Shown here piece by piece: positions 1 through 9,375 of a stretch of DNA of 64,000 nt. The notes below the pieces were generated by a model. It did no database searches. It was not told the origin of the DNA and saw nothing but the letters and a program-made list of their open reading frames with translations. The DNA lies in NCBI GenBank assembly GCA_964391315.1, contig CAYMJR010000004.1, positions 10,261 through 74,260 on the forward strand. The letters are read 5' to 3'. The stretch comes from an uncultured Gammaproteobacteria bacterium. GTDB lineage: Bacteria; Patescibacteriota; Microgenomatia; Levybacterales; UBA12049. The translations under genes were made by a program, and so were the position numbers. The stretch's first letter is position 1, and each line of letters starts with the position of its first letter.

Positions 1-618
1 AAGTCCTGCAACAATTTGCGGAAGACCAAGCAGTAATCCCATAAAAAACGCGTAGACAACATCGCCAAATCCCATACCACGGCCTCGTGTCACAAGAAAA
101 AGTAATAGAAAAAATGCGCATGCACCGAGCGCAGCAGTCAGGTTACTGAACGGAAAATAATGCGTGTTAAATAATAGATATAAAAAAGTAATGAGAGTAA
201 CAGGAAGTATAAGAGAGAAGGGGATAATGCCGTATTTTAAATCGATAAAGAAAATAACAACGAGCGTAGAAATAATAAATAAATAATAAATAAACTCAAT
301 TTCGTACGTAATACTTGAAAGGTTATAAATAATACCACTCTGTAAAGCTGTAAGAACAAATAATACTCCTGTTATTATCTCAACCGTTGGATAAAACCAA
401 CTTAATCGCGCTTTACAGTGTCTGCATTTTCCCTGCAAAAAGAGAAAAGATAAAATAGGAATAAGATCAATAGCTCCTAAACTCTTCTTACACGAATCAC
501 AATGTGATCTTCCTTTTATGATACTCTCACCGCGAGGTAATCGATCAATAACGACACCTAAAAAACTACCGATAAATATTCCAAAAATAAAAATGAAAAT
601 AAGAAAAATAATATCCAT
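1..618 (-). CDS. pilD: Prepilin peptidase (A24 family), partial: C-terminus cut by window edge
   Basis: Not in the ORF track because it runs off the edge. My translation from the ATG at 618-616 reads MDIIFLIFIF...DRLPRGESIIKGRSHCDSCKKSLGAIDLIPILSFLFLQGKCRHCKARLSWFYP. This has the CxxC...CxxC N-terminal module of prepilin peptidases. It is followed by TM helices and GRGMGFGDVVY, a GxGD-type catalytic Asp motif. Confidence 0.8.
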   Translation of the reverse strand, partial: MDIIFLIFIFIFGIFIGSFLGVVIDRLPRGESIIKGRSHCDSCKKSLGAIDLIPILSFLFLQGKCRHCKARLSWFYPTVEIITGVLFVLTALQSGIIYNLSSITYEIEFIYYLFIISTLVVIFFIDLKYGIIPFSLILPVTLITFLYLLFNTHYFPFSNLTAALGACAFFLLLFLVTRGRGMGFGDVVYAFFMGLLLGLPQIVAGL

Positions 619-627
619 AAACAATTT

Positions 628-2154
628 CTAAACTTCAGAAGGAACTAAATCCAACATCGGTTTTTTCTCTTCAGCAGCTTTCTGAGCGTATTTTTGTACA
701 TCTTCTGCAGTTGCTACCTTGAGAGAAAACCCAAACGTTGTTCCTTTTCCACGACCTTCTGACTGAGCCCAGATAGTGCCGCCATGAAGTTCGATAATGG
801 ATTTACAAATATATAATCCAAGACCTGAACCTTGAATCTGACTATCAGGCCTATACGAATCTGGTATCATACTGAATTTCTGGAAAAGTTTAGAAATATT
901 TGCTGGATCAATACCTGTTCCGGTATCAGTAACCAACGTTTGAATCATTCCCTCTTTTTGGACAAAAGAAACTGTAATATTACCCCCCTTTGGCGTAAAC
1001 TTTAATGCATTACCAATAAGATTAATGAGAACCTCTTTAATTTTATCTGAATCAGCAACTACCTGGGGAAGTTGTGTCACTGGCTGCATAACAAGATTGA
1101 GACCAAGTTCTTGAACACGAGGCATCACTTCATCAAAAACCTCCTGTACCAATTTTCCTAAATCAATAACGCGTACATCAACAGTAACCCTTCCCGAATC
1201 AATACGTGAAACATTCAACATATCATTAACAAGTCTCATGAGTCGATCAACAGCAGTGTAAGCACGATCCAAATAATATTTGTGTTTTTCAGGATCTGTC
1301 CTATCTTTTCCATCAAGTGCCATCCACAAATACGATTTAATCGCAGTCATTGGAGTCCGAAGTTCATGAGACGCAACAGAAACAAACTCATCTTTGAGCT
1401 TGTCTAATTGCTGCAGTCTCGCATTAGCTGTTTTCAGTTCTTCTGTTGTTTTTGCCAGAGAGGTATACAGTGTTGCATTTCGCAGAACAATACGAATACC
1501 ATCGACGAAATTTTTAATCGTTTGATGCTCATATTCAGAAATTTGATTATATTCTTTTGCCATACTGACAATAAACGTACCAAAGGGCAAATTCTCTTTT
1601 GTATAAATAGGATAAATAAGTGTAGTTTTGGTACCCATTTTTTCTTGAACAATTTTGGAATTCTCAGCACTGATCACAGGACGTAAAACATCATATACAC
1701 TTGTTGTATAGAGCGATCGGTTTTCCTGCAACGCCTGAATACATAAATTCTCTCGTTCATCTAGTTTAATTTCGATACTTTTAAACGGTACTTCAAGTGC
1801 ATTTTTCCCTGCGAGTCCTGCTTCTGTTCGCGAAACTGCAATTCTTCTAAGAACACCCTTTGTCTCGTCAACGAGCGCAAGAACTCCTGTTTCATAGCCT
1901 AAAAATTTAGGAATAACATCTACGATTTGTTGAACTGCGGTTTCAAAATCGAGAATCTCCAACACAATTGCATCAAGCGCTGCCGTTGCCCGAAATGCTT
2001 TATCACGTTCTTCCAGACTACTGATAATTTCATGCTGTTTTGATTTAGAGAAACGTCTATAACTCCGGTTTTGCAAAAAGACTACTATCAAAATGATAGT
2101 AAGAACTATTACGATTAATACCCAAGGAAAAATGATAACGAGCAGATTATACAT
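628..2154 (-). CDS. Membrane-anchored sensor histidine kinase (GAF-like sensor region + HisKA + HATPase_c)
   Basis: N-terminal TM helix. H-box SHELRTPMTAIKSY, N-box NLIGNALKFTP, G-boxes DTGTGI and GSGLGL. The stop lies 10 nt upstream of the pilD start on the same strand. Confidence 0.85.
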   Translation of the reverse strand: MYNLLVIIFPWVLIVIVLTIILIVVFLQNRSYRRFSKSKQHEIISSLEERDKAFRATAALDAIVLEILDFETAVQQIVDVIPKFLGYETGVLALVDETKGVLRRIAVSRTEAGLAGKNALEVPFKSIEIKLDERENLCIQALQENRSLYTTSVYDVLRPVISAENSKIVQEKMGTKTTLIYPIYTKENLPFGTFIVSMAKEYNQISEYEHQTIKNFVDGIRIVLRNATLYTSLAKTTEELKTANARLQQLDKLKDEFVSVASHELRTPMTAIKSYLWMALDGKDRTDPEKHKYYLDRAYTAVDRLMRLVNDMLNVSRIDSGRVTVDVRVIDLGKLVQEVFDEVMPRVQELGLNLVMQPVTQLPQVVADSDKIKEVLINLIGNALKFTPKGGNITVSFVQKEGMIQTLVTDTGTGIDPANISKLFQKFSMIPDSYRPDSQIQGSGLGLYICKSIIELHGGTIWAQSEGRGKGTTFGFSLKVATAEDVQKYAQKAAEEKKPMLDLVPSEV

Positions 2155-2205
2155 ACGGTATTAATTTATTATGGTGGAAATAAGAACACGAGTCAATTTT
2201 AGTTT

Positions 2206-3171
2206 CTATACGGTTCGCAATAATCTATGAAGCAATGGGTATTTTCTCATCAATAGTCTTTTCGAAGCTGCAGGGCCAATAGTATAACCAATCTGAAGTT
2301 TATTCAATATTTCGACAATCTTTGGCATTGCAAGTGACCCATGACGTTCAATCGTAACGACTGGTTTTCCGTCTTGTAAGGGATATTCTCTGTCAAAACT
2401 AATAATAGATGTTGACATTTGATCATGCAGAGGATGCATCTTTTTTGCTTCATATTCATTATGATGACCTATCATGACGAATCCTGGCTTTCTTCCACCA
2501 AAATCTCTTTTTATTCCCTTAATTCGAAAATGTGCTGGTTCTTCACTTCCTGTTACGTTCCTTGAAATATTTGGAGAGGTCGCTGCGAAATAGGAAATAC
2601 CCGCTTCATGTAATGCTTCGTTAAGAAGATCATTTGAAGGACAATGATACCCAGGTGCAATTACTTGAATTGTCTTTTTCCCATCTATTTCTTTAATTAA
2701 AAAACTATCAACCGAATCTGAAGCTGGTCCTCGAAAACCAAACGGTCCAAGCTCAAAAAATGTGTGCATCATTGTCATAATTTGTTTATGAGTAAATCCT
2801 TGAGGAAGCTTTTCCCAGTCAAAAAGGTTTTCAAGATATGGTTTTGTTGTGGTAATGCTTGCTAATTGGTCTAACGGTCTTCCTTTTGCCGCATTAACAG
2901 AACGGATGACTTCCTGGTGAGGATAGAATGTTAACGCGTAAAAATTTGCGAACCCATGAAAAACAGGAATACCGATTGCCAATGCGTGTGCTGCGACATG
3001 CCGATCTTGCGGATGTGAAAGATTGAGATGATGTTTGTTCCAATTAATATGTATAATTTTCTGGATAAACTCTTCGTCATCTTTTGTAAGAGATCCACGG
3101 ATAATTGTTGCTAATTCCTTGAGACTACGAGGATAGATCTCGTGGGGGACAGCAGAAATAATATTTGTCAT
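2206..3171 (-). CDS. YrdC/Sua5-fold-like protein (function uncertain)
   Basis: 321-aa ORF. FANFYALTF...VNAAKGRPLDQ and ATSPNISRNVTG resemble the K-x-R-P and SAN-x-SG motifs of the YrdC/Sua5 fold. The match is by eye only. Confidence 0.4.
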   Translation of the reverse strand: MTNIISAVPHEIYPRSLKELATIIRGSLTKDDEEFIQKIIHINWNKHHLNLSHPQDRHVAAHALAIGIPVFHGFANFYALTFYPHQEVIRSVNAAKGRPLDQLASITTTKPYLENLFDWEKLPQGFTHKQIMTMMHTFFELGPFGFRGPASDSVDSFLIKEIDGKKTIQVIAPGYHCPSNDLLNEALHEAGISYFAATSPNISRNVTGSEEPAHFRIKGIKRDFGGRKPGFVMIGHHNEYEAKKMHPLHDQMSTSIISFDREYPLQDGKPVVTIERHGSLAMPKIVEILNKLQIGYTIGPAASKRLLMRKYPLLHRLLRTV

Positions 3172-3381
3172 AAATTTATTACTATAAGCTAATTATTTTA
3201 ACCACTATTACCTATAGATACAATCCATCATAAATAGCAAACTACTAAATGTCAATCAAAACTATTGGAAAGTACTCTAGATCACTTCCTACACTTTCTC
3301 TACTCCTATAAGATATAACAATTTCTCTCTTGACATACCCATCAATATTTAATAGCTTAGTTATAGAAAGGAGGTGATAGT

Positions 3382-3786
3382 ATGATTACACTTGAAAAAG
3401 CAATTGAAGCATTACGAGCATCAGAAGCAAAAGCAAAAGAATTGGGAGTAGCTGTTTCAACAGCAATCGTTGATGATTATGGAATATTAATAGCGCTTTC
3501 AAAAATGGATGGAGCACTCCATGTAAGTCCTCATTTCTCACAAGCAAAGGCGTTTACTTCCTCATCATTAGGTATGCCTAGTGGCGATGTCGCTGCATTT
3601 GCAAAAGAAGGCAAACCATATTTCAGTCTTAATACATCATTTGGTGGAGAATTTATGGTTATTGCCGGAGGGTTACCTGTTGCAAAAAACGGTAAAGTGG
3701 TGGGCGCAGTAGGTGTTGGCGGATCAACAGATGTTATGCAGGATGTTGAATGTGCCAAAGCAGCAGTCGCAGTTCTCGAAGGTTAA
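3382..3786 (+). CDS. GlcG/HbpS-type (DUF336) putative heme-binding protein
   Basis: Strong SD aaaggaggtga just upstream. The sequence [11 protein letters not shown]...MDGA...AKAFT...[18 protein letters not shown] is typical of the family. A possible promoter TTGACA (3330-3335)-17-TAGCTT lies upstream. Confidence 0.8.
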   Translation: MITLEKAIEALRASEAKAKELGVAVSTAIVDDYGILIALSKMDGALHVSPHFSQAKAFTSSSLGMPSGDVAAFAKEGKPYFSLNTSFGGEFMVIAGGLPVAKNGKVVGAVGVGGSTDVMQDVECAKAAVAVLEG

Positions 3787-3805
3787 AAACAATTTAAAAC
3801 GAATC

Positions 3806-6274
3806 TCATTTAGTCCCGCCCAGCGGGATTATTTGAGTTTCAAAACTTTTCTTATCGAGTTTACTCAGAGAAATATTCAACATAGTGTTTGGTTTATAAA
3901 AACCTAATGCGCCAAAACTGATGAACGCTTGTGCAAGTGAATAGAAAAAGTCTCCCCAATTCCCATCAACGTACGTATTTGTTGCAATTAATGGATAATA
4001 AAAAGCAATAGCAAGATAAATGAAGGTAAAACCAATCAAAAGTGAATACATTGGTATCTTATACCTTCCTCCAAAAAAACCAAAGGATAATCGGAAAATA
4101 ACCAGAGCCAATGTCATTATAACGATAATCACAAAAGCATAAGCAAGATTAAGAAGCACTCTTGGGGAAGTAATAGAAGGACTGAGCAAACCATAATCTT
4201 TCACAAAAAATGCCAGAATAAAAAGAGAGAGTAGTCCAATGGCAAGGGGAGCTACAATAACAAATCGTTTACCTTGTTTTTTAAAAACAGAATATTTTGT
4301 TCCTGCTGCCTGCGAGAGTAGAAAAATACCAATCGCCCATCCATAAAAACATATCAGGAAAAAGAGATCACCCCATGAGGGATACGGGTGATTATTATGA
4401 AGAAAAATGCCGTATCCTGAGACAACAAAATCGCCAATTGACCAAAACAGCAATCCGCCTCCAATACAAATAAGTGCTTTCCCAAGAAAATTTTTGAAAA
4501 GTCCCCAGGTCGAGGCGATATAGAGTCCTGCAATTCCTCCAAACAAGGGAATGAAAGCTAATGAAAAATTAAAAAGATTACCCGTCCAGAAATTATCTTC
4601 TAATAAACTAATATGTAGACCGAACCAAAAGGCTAAATGAAAAACAACGTAGACAATAAGTATTTTTTGTAAGACGTTTATTTTCTTCGCTTCTTGTACA
4701 TTCTTTGCTAAAGAACGCAGCTTTTCGATTTCTTTTGTATATTGCAACTGATGCTCAAGAAGATTCCACAAATTAGTAATTGGATCCCAATACTGGAATT
4801 CATAACATTTCTTAAAGATAAAAATGATATTATCTATTTCTTGTCTAATCTCTGAAAAGAAATCGTTTCCTTCTTTTTCATAATGGGCAAGAAGCTTTTC
4901 ATAATATTCTGCTGCCCGAAGATAATCTGATGGACCAGTCATCATTTTCCTTGCAAACACTTTCAATAACGGATGGATACGATATCTATCATTTCCGGCA
5001 GTTTGAATAAAGGAAAGTCGTCGTAACTGCTCAAATACAGAAAATGTTTCTTGTACTGATATATTATTCAGAAATGCAGCAGCATTAATGGAGAAATCTT
5101 GTCCTTCAAATACCCCCAAGGAAATAAAAACGGTTTTTGCTTGGTGATCTAAGGTATTAAAAGCAAGCGTTGTTGCTTTAAAAAGATTTTTATCTTCATA
5201 ACTGTAATTTTGTAAATCAATTGATTCTAAATCAAACTTTTCCAAAGACTTATCCATTGATATATGAAACTTTTCACCATATGTTGCAATGATATGTGCT
5301 GAGATATGAGTTGCCAATGGTAAATGCCCAAGCTTTTCTCCTATTGATAGGATAGATTTCTTATATTTTTGAACCAAACTGGGATCAAAAATAGTTGCAA
5401 AAAGAGCTAACGTTTCTGTATCTGTAAAAGTATTAATTTTAATTGAGTGATAATGTGACGTACTATTATGAAAGTTTTCCTGTGACGTAATAATAACACC
5501 ACAATTTGAAGTATTAGGCAGTAAAAGCGAAATAGTATCCTGAGCGGTTACGTTATCAAAAATAAGCAGTACTTTTCTTTTAAGCAAAAGTGTTCTCACA
5601 ACAGATGCGCGTACTTCTGGGCTTTTAATCGTACTAATATTCTCCCCAAAAACATATGCGATTGAGAGGAGAATATCCATAATATTTGACGAATCAACTT
5701 TGTACCATAAGACGCCATCTGGATACTGATCACGGAGGAGATGACCAAGTTTCGTTGCAAGAGCTGTTTTCCCAACACCTGCCGGTCCATGGAGAAGAAT
5801 CACCTTTCCAAGAACAATCTCTCGTGAAACCTCATTGATAATCTCTTCCCTTCCAACAAAATGAAAGATATCACTTGGGACTTGAAACGGAACACTCGTG
5901 AAATCATTAAGCGCAAGTTCTTTAATTTCATTTTTCGTTAAGTACCCCTTTCCAGCTACATCAAAAAACTCATTTGCCTCTCGCAGCGTTTTTATTGCTC
6001 CTTTTTCAACAAAAATCTCTAAAATTTTGAGAACTAAAAGCCGATTAGTAGGAATACGTGTTCCTTTCTGCCAATGTGAAAAAATACTGTCTTCATAGTA
6101 AAAACCCTTTTCAGCTAACGCATCACCAAAAGACGCGAATGTTTCAAATTCAGCGCGAAGACGGTATTTCTTAAAAAGCTCTGCAAATCCTTTCATATCT
6201 CGTAATTGTAGCAAATCTTCTGTCAACTTTTCTGACAACCGTGTCATTCCTATTCTCATTACTGCTGAGTACAA
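3806..6274 (-). CDS. STAND-class (NB-ARC-like) P-loop NTPase with N-terminal HTH-like module and C-terminal polytopic membrane domain
   Basis: 822 aa. Residues ~30-116 form a degenerate XRE-like module (..SIFSHWQKGTRIP..). Walker A GPAGVGKT is at nt 5765-5788 and Walker B-like VLLIFDNV follows. A long helical region comes next, then about 8-10 hydrophobic helices in the last ~270 aa (nt ~3870-4640). The true start may be an internal Met (M7/M10). Confidence 0.65.
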   Translation of the reverse strand: MYSAVMRIGMTRLSEKLTEDLLQLRDMKGFAELFKKYRLRAEFETFASFGDALAEKGFYYEDSIFSHWQKGTRIPTNRLLVLKILEIFVEKGAIKTLREANEFFDVAGKGYLTKNEIKELALNDFTSVPFQVPSDIFHFVGREEIINEVSREIVLGKVILLHGPAGVGKTALATKLGHLLRDQYPDGVLWYKVDSSNIMDILLSIAYVFGENISTIKSPEVRASVVRTLLLKRKVLLIFDNVTAQDTISLLLPNTSNCGVIITSQENFHNSTSHYHSIKINTFTDTETLALFATIFDPSLVQKYKKSILSIGEKLGHLPLATHISAHIIATYGEKFHISMDKSLEKFDLESIDLQNYSYEDKNLFKATTLAFNTLDHQAKTVFISLGVFEGQDFSINAAAFLNNISVQETFSVFEQLRRLSFIQTAGNDRYRIHPLLKVFARKMMTGPSDYLRAAEYYEKLLAHYEKEGNDFFSEIRQEIDNIIFIFKKCYEFQYWDPITNLWNLLEHQLQYTKEIEKLRSLAKNVQEAKKINVLQKILIVYVVFHLAFWFGLHISLLEDNFWTGNLFNFSLAFIPLFGGIAGLYIASTWGLFKNFLGKALICIGGGLLFWSIGDFVVSGYGIFLHNNHPYPSWGDLFFLICFYGWAIGIFLLSQAAGTKYSVFKKQGKRFVIVAPLAIGLLSLFILAFFVKDYGLLSPSITSPRVLLNLAYAFVIIVIMTLALVIFRLSFGFFGGRYKIPMYSLLIGFTFIYLAIAFYYPLIATNTYVDGNWGDFFYSLAQAFISFGALGFYKPNTMLNISLSKLDKKSFETQIIPLGGTK
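3814..3828 (+). terminator. Candidate intrinsic terminator hairpin between convergent genes
   Basis: tcccgc-cca-gcggga hairpin followed by the T-rich ttatttgagttt, 28 nt after the stop of 3382..3786. It overlaps the last codons of the convergent 3806..6274 ORF. Confidence 0.35.
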
Positions 6275-6324
6275 TCGCTCTAGATTAACAATACAGATTA
6301 AATCGAAAGGAAAAACCTATACAT

Positions 6325-7266
6325 ATGAAAGAAACAAGACCATATAATGTTGAGGCGAAGGCACAGGGCAGAGCATTACAGCTTTTAACTACCGATGGGG
6401 TAACCACAAAAGATTTGGTTCCTATTCGGAGAATGCAAGATGCTGGTTTTAGTGTGTTTATGCATGGGAGTGGTATAACAACAGGAAAATTGGGAGCAGA
6501 GTCCGATGTAGATTTTGTTATTATTGGTGCATTGGGCTCACTACCCTCAACAATCTCAGAAGAACTTACTCCCACACTTAAACCTCATATTGTTGATCAA
6601 ATCGATTATGTCTCAACTTCACAAAGAGCAGGAAATGGAAGAAAATTGAGTTATCATTTACAAAATCCTGAATTCAGGGAAAACCAACCAGCTATTCCTT
6701 ATGGGCGTGAATATAGAAGTGCTTCACATCTGAAGCCTTCAACAAAAAATTCATACGCCTTTGGTGCCGTTGATAGAGAAGGAAATCATCATGTTATCTC
6801 CTTAAGCTGTCCAAAAAAGGATGTCGAAGACGGCGTTGTAACACATACTCCACAAACAGGTACATTTCATATAGATAATGACTACGCTGTTCCTGAAGAC
6901 TTACAAGACAATTCTTTTACCGTATTTCAGGTAGGTGAGCTTACGACACTTGTCAGAAGTCCTCTCGAAGTCGTGGAAAAACCTAAGGAGTTAGTTGTTT
7001 TTGGATTGGAACTTACCAAAATGGCTGAAGATGTTCCATTAGATGAGAGAACAACGGATGAAGCATATGATCAGTTTGTTGTACAACCCTTAAGAAGAAG
7101 CATGAAATTGGTAGAAGATTTTACAGGACTAGATCCTGCTCGGTTATTAACAAAGGGTTTGGAGAACGTAGTTGAAATCAGAAGAAGAAAAGATGGAAAA
7201 GTAAGAGGGACAGAAGAATTCTTTACAAAATATGAAGAAAAATTACGACGTATTCATACTACATAA
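6325..7266 (+). CDS. Pol-beta-superfamily nucleotidyltransferase-like protein (family unassigned)
   Basis: 313 aa. The minimal NTase signature hG[GS]-x(9-13)-[DE]h[DE]h is seen as MHGSGITTGKLGAESDVDFVIIG (nt 6466-6513). The rest of the protein is not recognisable to me. Confidence 0.45.
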   Translation: MKETRPYNVEAKAQGRALQLLTTDGVTTKDLVPIRRMQDAGFSVFMHGSGITTGKLGAESDVDFVIIGALGSLPSTISEELTPTLKPHIVDQIDYVSTSQRAGNGRKLSYHLQNPEFRENQPAIPYGREYRSASHLKPSTKNSYAFGAVDREGNHHVISLSCPKKDVEDGVVTHTPQTGTFHIDNDYAVPEDLQDNSFTVFQVGELTTLVRSPLEVVEKPKELVVFGLELTKMAEDVPLDERTTDEAYDQFVVQPLRRSMKLVEDFTGLDPARLLTKGLENVVEIRRRKDGKVRGTEEFFTKYEEKLRRIHTT

Positions 7267-7316
7267 AAATAAAAACAGATATTCCTCATATCTGTAGCAT
7301 GTGGTATATATAAGTA

Positions 7317-8075
7317 ATGAAAATTATTGGACATCGTGGAGCAGCCGGTCTCGCACCAGAAAATACCTTTGCTTCTTTTGACCTTGCATTACAGCTTGGT
7401 GTCAATGCAATTGAAATCGATATACTAAGAACAAAAGATGGAAAGCTTGTTATATTTCATGATGACCATATTGAGAGAACAACAAACGGTACAGGGGTAT
7501 TACAAGAGATGAAATGGCCACAACTTCGGAACTTAGATGCTGGCTCCTGGTTTGATCCAAAATATTCAGGTGAACGAATACCACTCCTCACAGAGTTTCT
7601 AAAAAGGTATCAGAATAAAACGAGAATCGAGACGGAGGTAAAACAGCCTGGTATAGAAGAGAAAGTATTGCAAGCTGTATCCGATCAAAATCTTCTTGAT
7701 AGCATAACCTTCACATCTTTTGATTTTTCCACCGTAGCACATATTAAGGAGCTTACGCCACAAGCCGCAGTAGGTTTTCTTACGAGTGATATATCAGATG
7801 AAACAATCGAACGGGTAAAAAAAGCCAATATTACACAGTTTTCCCCCGAAGCAAGTAAAGTAACAAAGTCCTTAGTTGATAAGTGGCACTCTGAAGGACT
7901 CTATGTACGAGTATGGGGTATAGAAGATACTACTATCATGAAACAAGCAATAGCTGCAGGAGTTGATGGCATGACTGTTGATTTTCCCAATCTTCTTTTA
8001 GATGAACTAAGAGGGGAGAGCAGGGAAGAGAAATGGGAAGAGAAAATGCAACTGCAAAGGGGTAAAGAAAAATAA
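7317..8075 (+). CDS. Glycerophosphodiester phosphodiesterase (GDPD family)
   Basis: The N-terminal HRGAAGLAPENT...EIDI...DGKLVIFHDD catalytic pattern is typical of UgpQ/GlpQ-type GDPD. It has a charged C-terminal tail. Confidence 0.85.
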   Translation: MKIIGHRGAAGLAPENTFASFDLALQLGVNAIEIDILRTKDGKLVIFHDDHIERTTNGTGVLQEMKWPQLRNLDAGSWFDPKYSGERIPLLTEFLKRYQNKTRIETEVKQPGIEEKVLQAVSDQNLLDSITFTSFDFSTVAHIKELTPQAAVGFLTSDISDETIERVKKANITQFSPEASKVTKSLVDKWHSEGLYVRVWGIEDTTIMKQAIAAGVDGMTVDFPNLLLDELRGESREEKWEEKMQLQRGKEK

Positions 8076-8079
8076 TACG

Positions 8080-8880
8080 TTATTTTTGGGAATAAAAACG
8101 ATACGTCTCTTGATCGCGGGGAACGAGTAACTCCAATTCAAACCGAGGGTCCTTCAAAACCGGAACAACAAATAAATAGAAATTAAGTACTTTACTTTTA
8201 TCAAGCGGGTTCAGCAACGTTTTTGTTGTTGATTTACCGACAATACCCTTTAAGGCATCGCGCATATCTACTTCTACCCATAATTCCCGGAATAAGTCAT
8301 TTTGCATCAAAGCCCTTACATGATCAATGTACCATTTGTCTTTTGTTCGATTTCTTTGTTCATATTTAAAATTTAAAATTGCGCTCTTAAGAAATTGACG
8401 CCAACCAGCTTCTAATTTACCTCCTTTTTTGCTTTCTGAAGGTGGATGCATATTACAAAGAATATCTAAAACCCGCGGACAAGAATCATGGATCATCTTT
8501 TCCTGTTCGGAATTAACTTGATAAATTTGGGCATTGTGTCTATTTTGACTGATAGCTCTCCAACTAAAATCTAAAACAGTTCCAGGATATGGCCAATCTT
8601 CTAAGATTTGTTTCGTTTCCTCTCTAATTTTCTCAATCTCTTCGTTTGTTGGTAAATATCCTCCGGTTAACAATAACGAATTTTTCTCTTCTTCTTCTAA
8701 GTTAAGTGAACGAATTATTTTATCGATAAGTTCTCTTGTTGGTTTTTCTGTTCTGCCTTGCTCTATACGACTGAGGCGAGATGTTTCTTTCCAACCCAGA
8801 GAAAAAGCAATATCAAGCTGCGATATGCCTTTCTGCAATCGGTAATCTTTAATTAGTCCGCCAAGTGTTGAATTTAACAT
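8080..8880 (-). CDS. XRE-family HTH regulator with MmyB-like C-terminal ligand-binding domain
   Basis: N-terminal LIKDYRLQKGISQLDIAFSLGW..SRLSRIEQG HTH. The C-terminal pattern PYPGTVLDFSWRAISQN...LFRELWVEV...LLNPLDKSKVLNFYLFVVP..DPRFELELLVPRD follows the MmyB-like domain layout. Confidence 0.6.
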   Translation of the reverse strand: MLNSTLGGLIKDYRLQKGISQLDIAFSLGWKETSRLSRIEQGRTEKPTRELIDKIIRSLNLEEEEKNSLLLTGGYLPTNEEIEKIREETKQILEDWPYPGTVLDFSWRAISQNRHNAQIYQVNSEQEKMIHDSCPRVLDILCNMHPPSESKKGGKLEAGWRQFLKSAILNFKYEQRNRTKDKWYIDHVRALMQNDLFRELWVEVDMRDALKGIVGKSTTKTLLNPLDKSKVLNFYLFVVPVLKDPRFELELLVPRDQETYRFYSQK

Positions 8881-8973
8881 ATAGTCTTATTATACCATAA
8901 ATCTTATAGTTTAATATAAAATATTGTAATCAATTATTGACATCAAATATATGAATCATATATATTATCTTCG

Positions 8974-9270
8974 ATGGGAACTTTTTGCGTGTTATTTAAA
9001 AAATATCGTTTAAAAGCTGAGTTTGAAACACTTACGAAATTTGGACACGCACTAGCGAAAGAAGGAAGAATTTATGATGATAGTATGTTTACGCATTGGC
9101 AAAAAGGAAAACGCATACCCAGGGATCGTAAACTGATCTTAACTATTATAAAAATATTTATAGAACGGGGAGGAATATGTTCTATAGAGGAAGCAAACGA
9201 ATTTATGGCTTCAGCGGGCTTAGGATTTTTAACGACTCAAGAAAATCAAATCATACCGAAGCTAACCTAA
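8974..9270 (+). CDS. Stand-alone paralogue of the N-terminal HTH-like module of the STAND NTPase
   Basis: 98 aa. My hand alignment to residues 30-116 of 3806..6274 gives about 55-60% identity (FKKYRL.AEFET..FG.ALA..G..Y.DS.F.HWQKG.RIP...L.L.I..IF.E.G.I....EANEF...AG.G.LT..E). A possible promoter TTGACA lies at 8936-8941. Confidence 0.55.
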   Translation: MGTFCVLFKKYRLKAEFETLTKFGHALAKEGRIYDDSMFTHWQKGKRIPRDRKLILTIIKIFIERGGICSIEEANEFMASAGLGFLTTQENQIIPKLT

Positions 9271-9375
9271 CGACATTTTTGCTCCACACTGTCAACTTTT
9301 TTGACAGAGCTGTCATTCCTACTTTTTAGATCTAAAAGTATAATTTTCTTAGATTATAGATCCGAAGTAAAAATT

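Noticed and set aside
9289-9307. The hairpin CTGTCAA-CTTTT-TTGACAG after the 98-aa gene, considered as a terminator.
   Set aside because: No U-run follows. TTGACAG and CTGTCA words may equally be promoter or operator elements. The evidence is insufficient either way.
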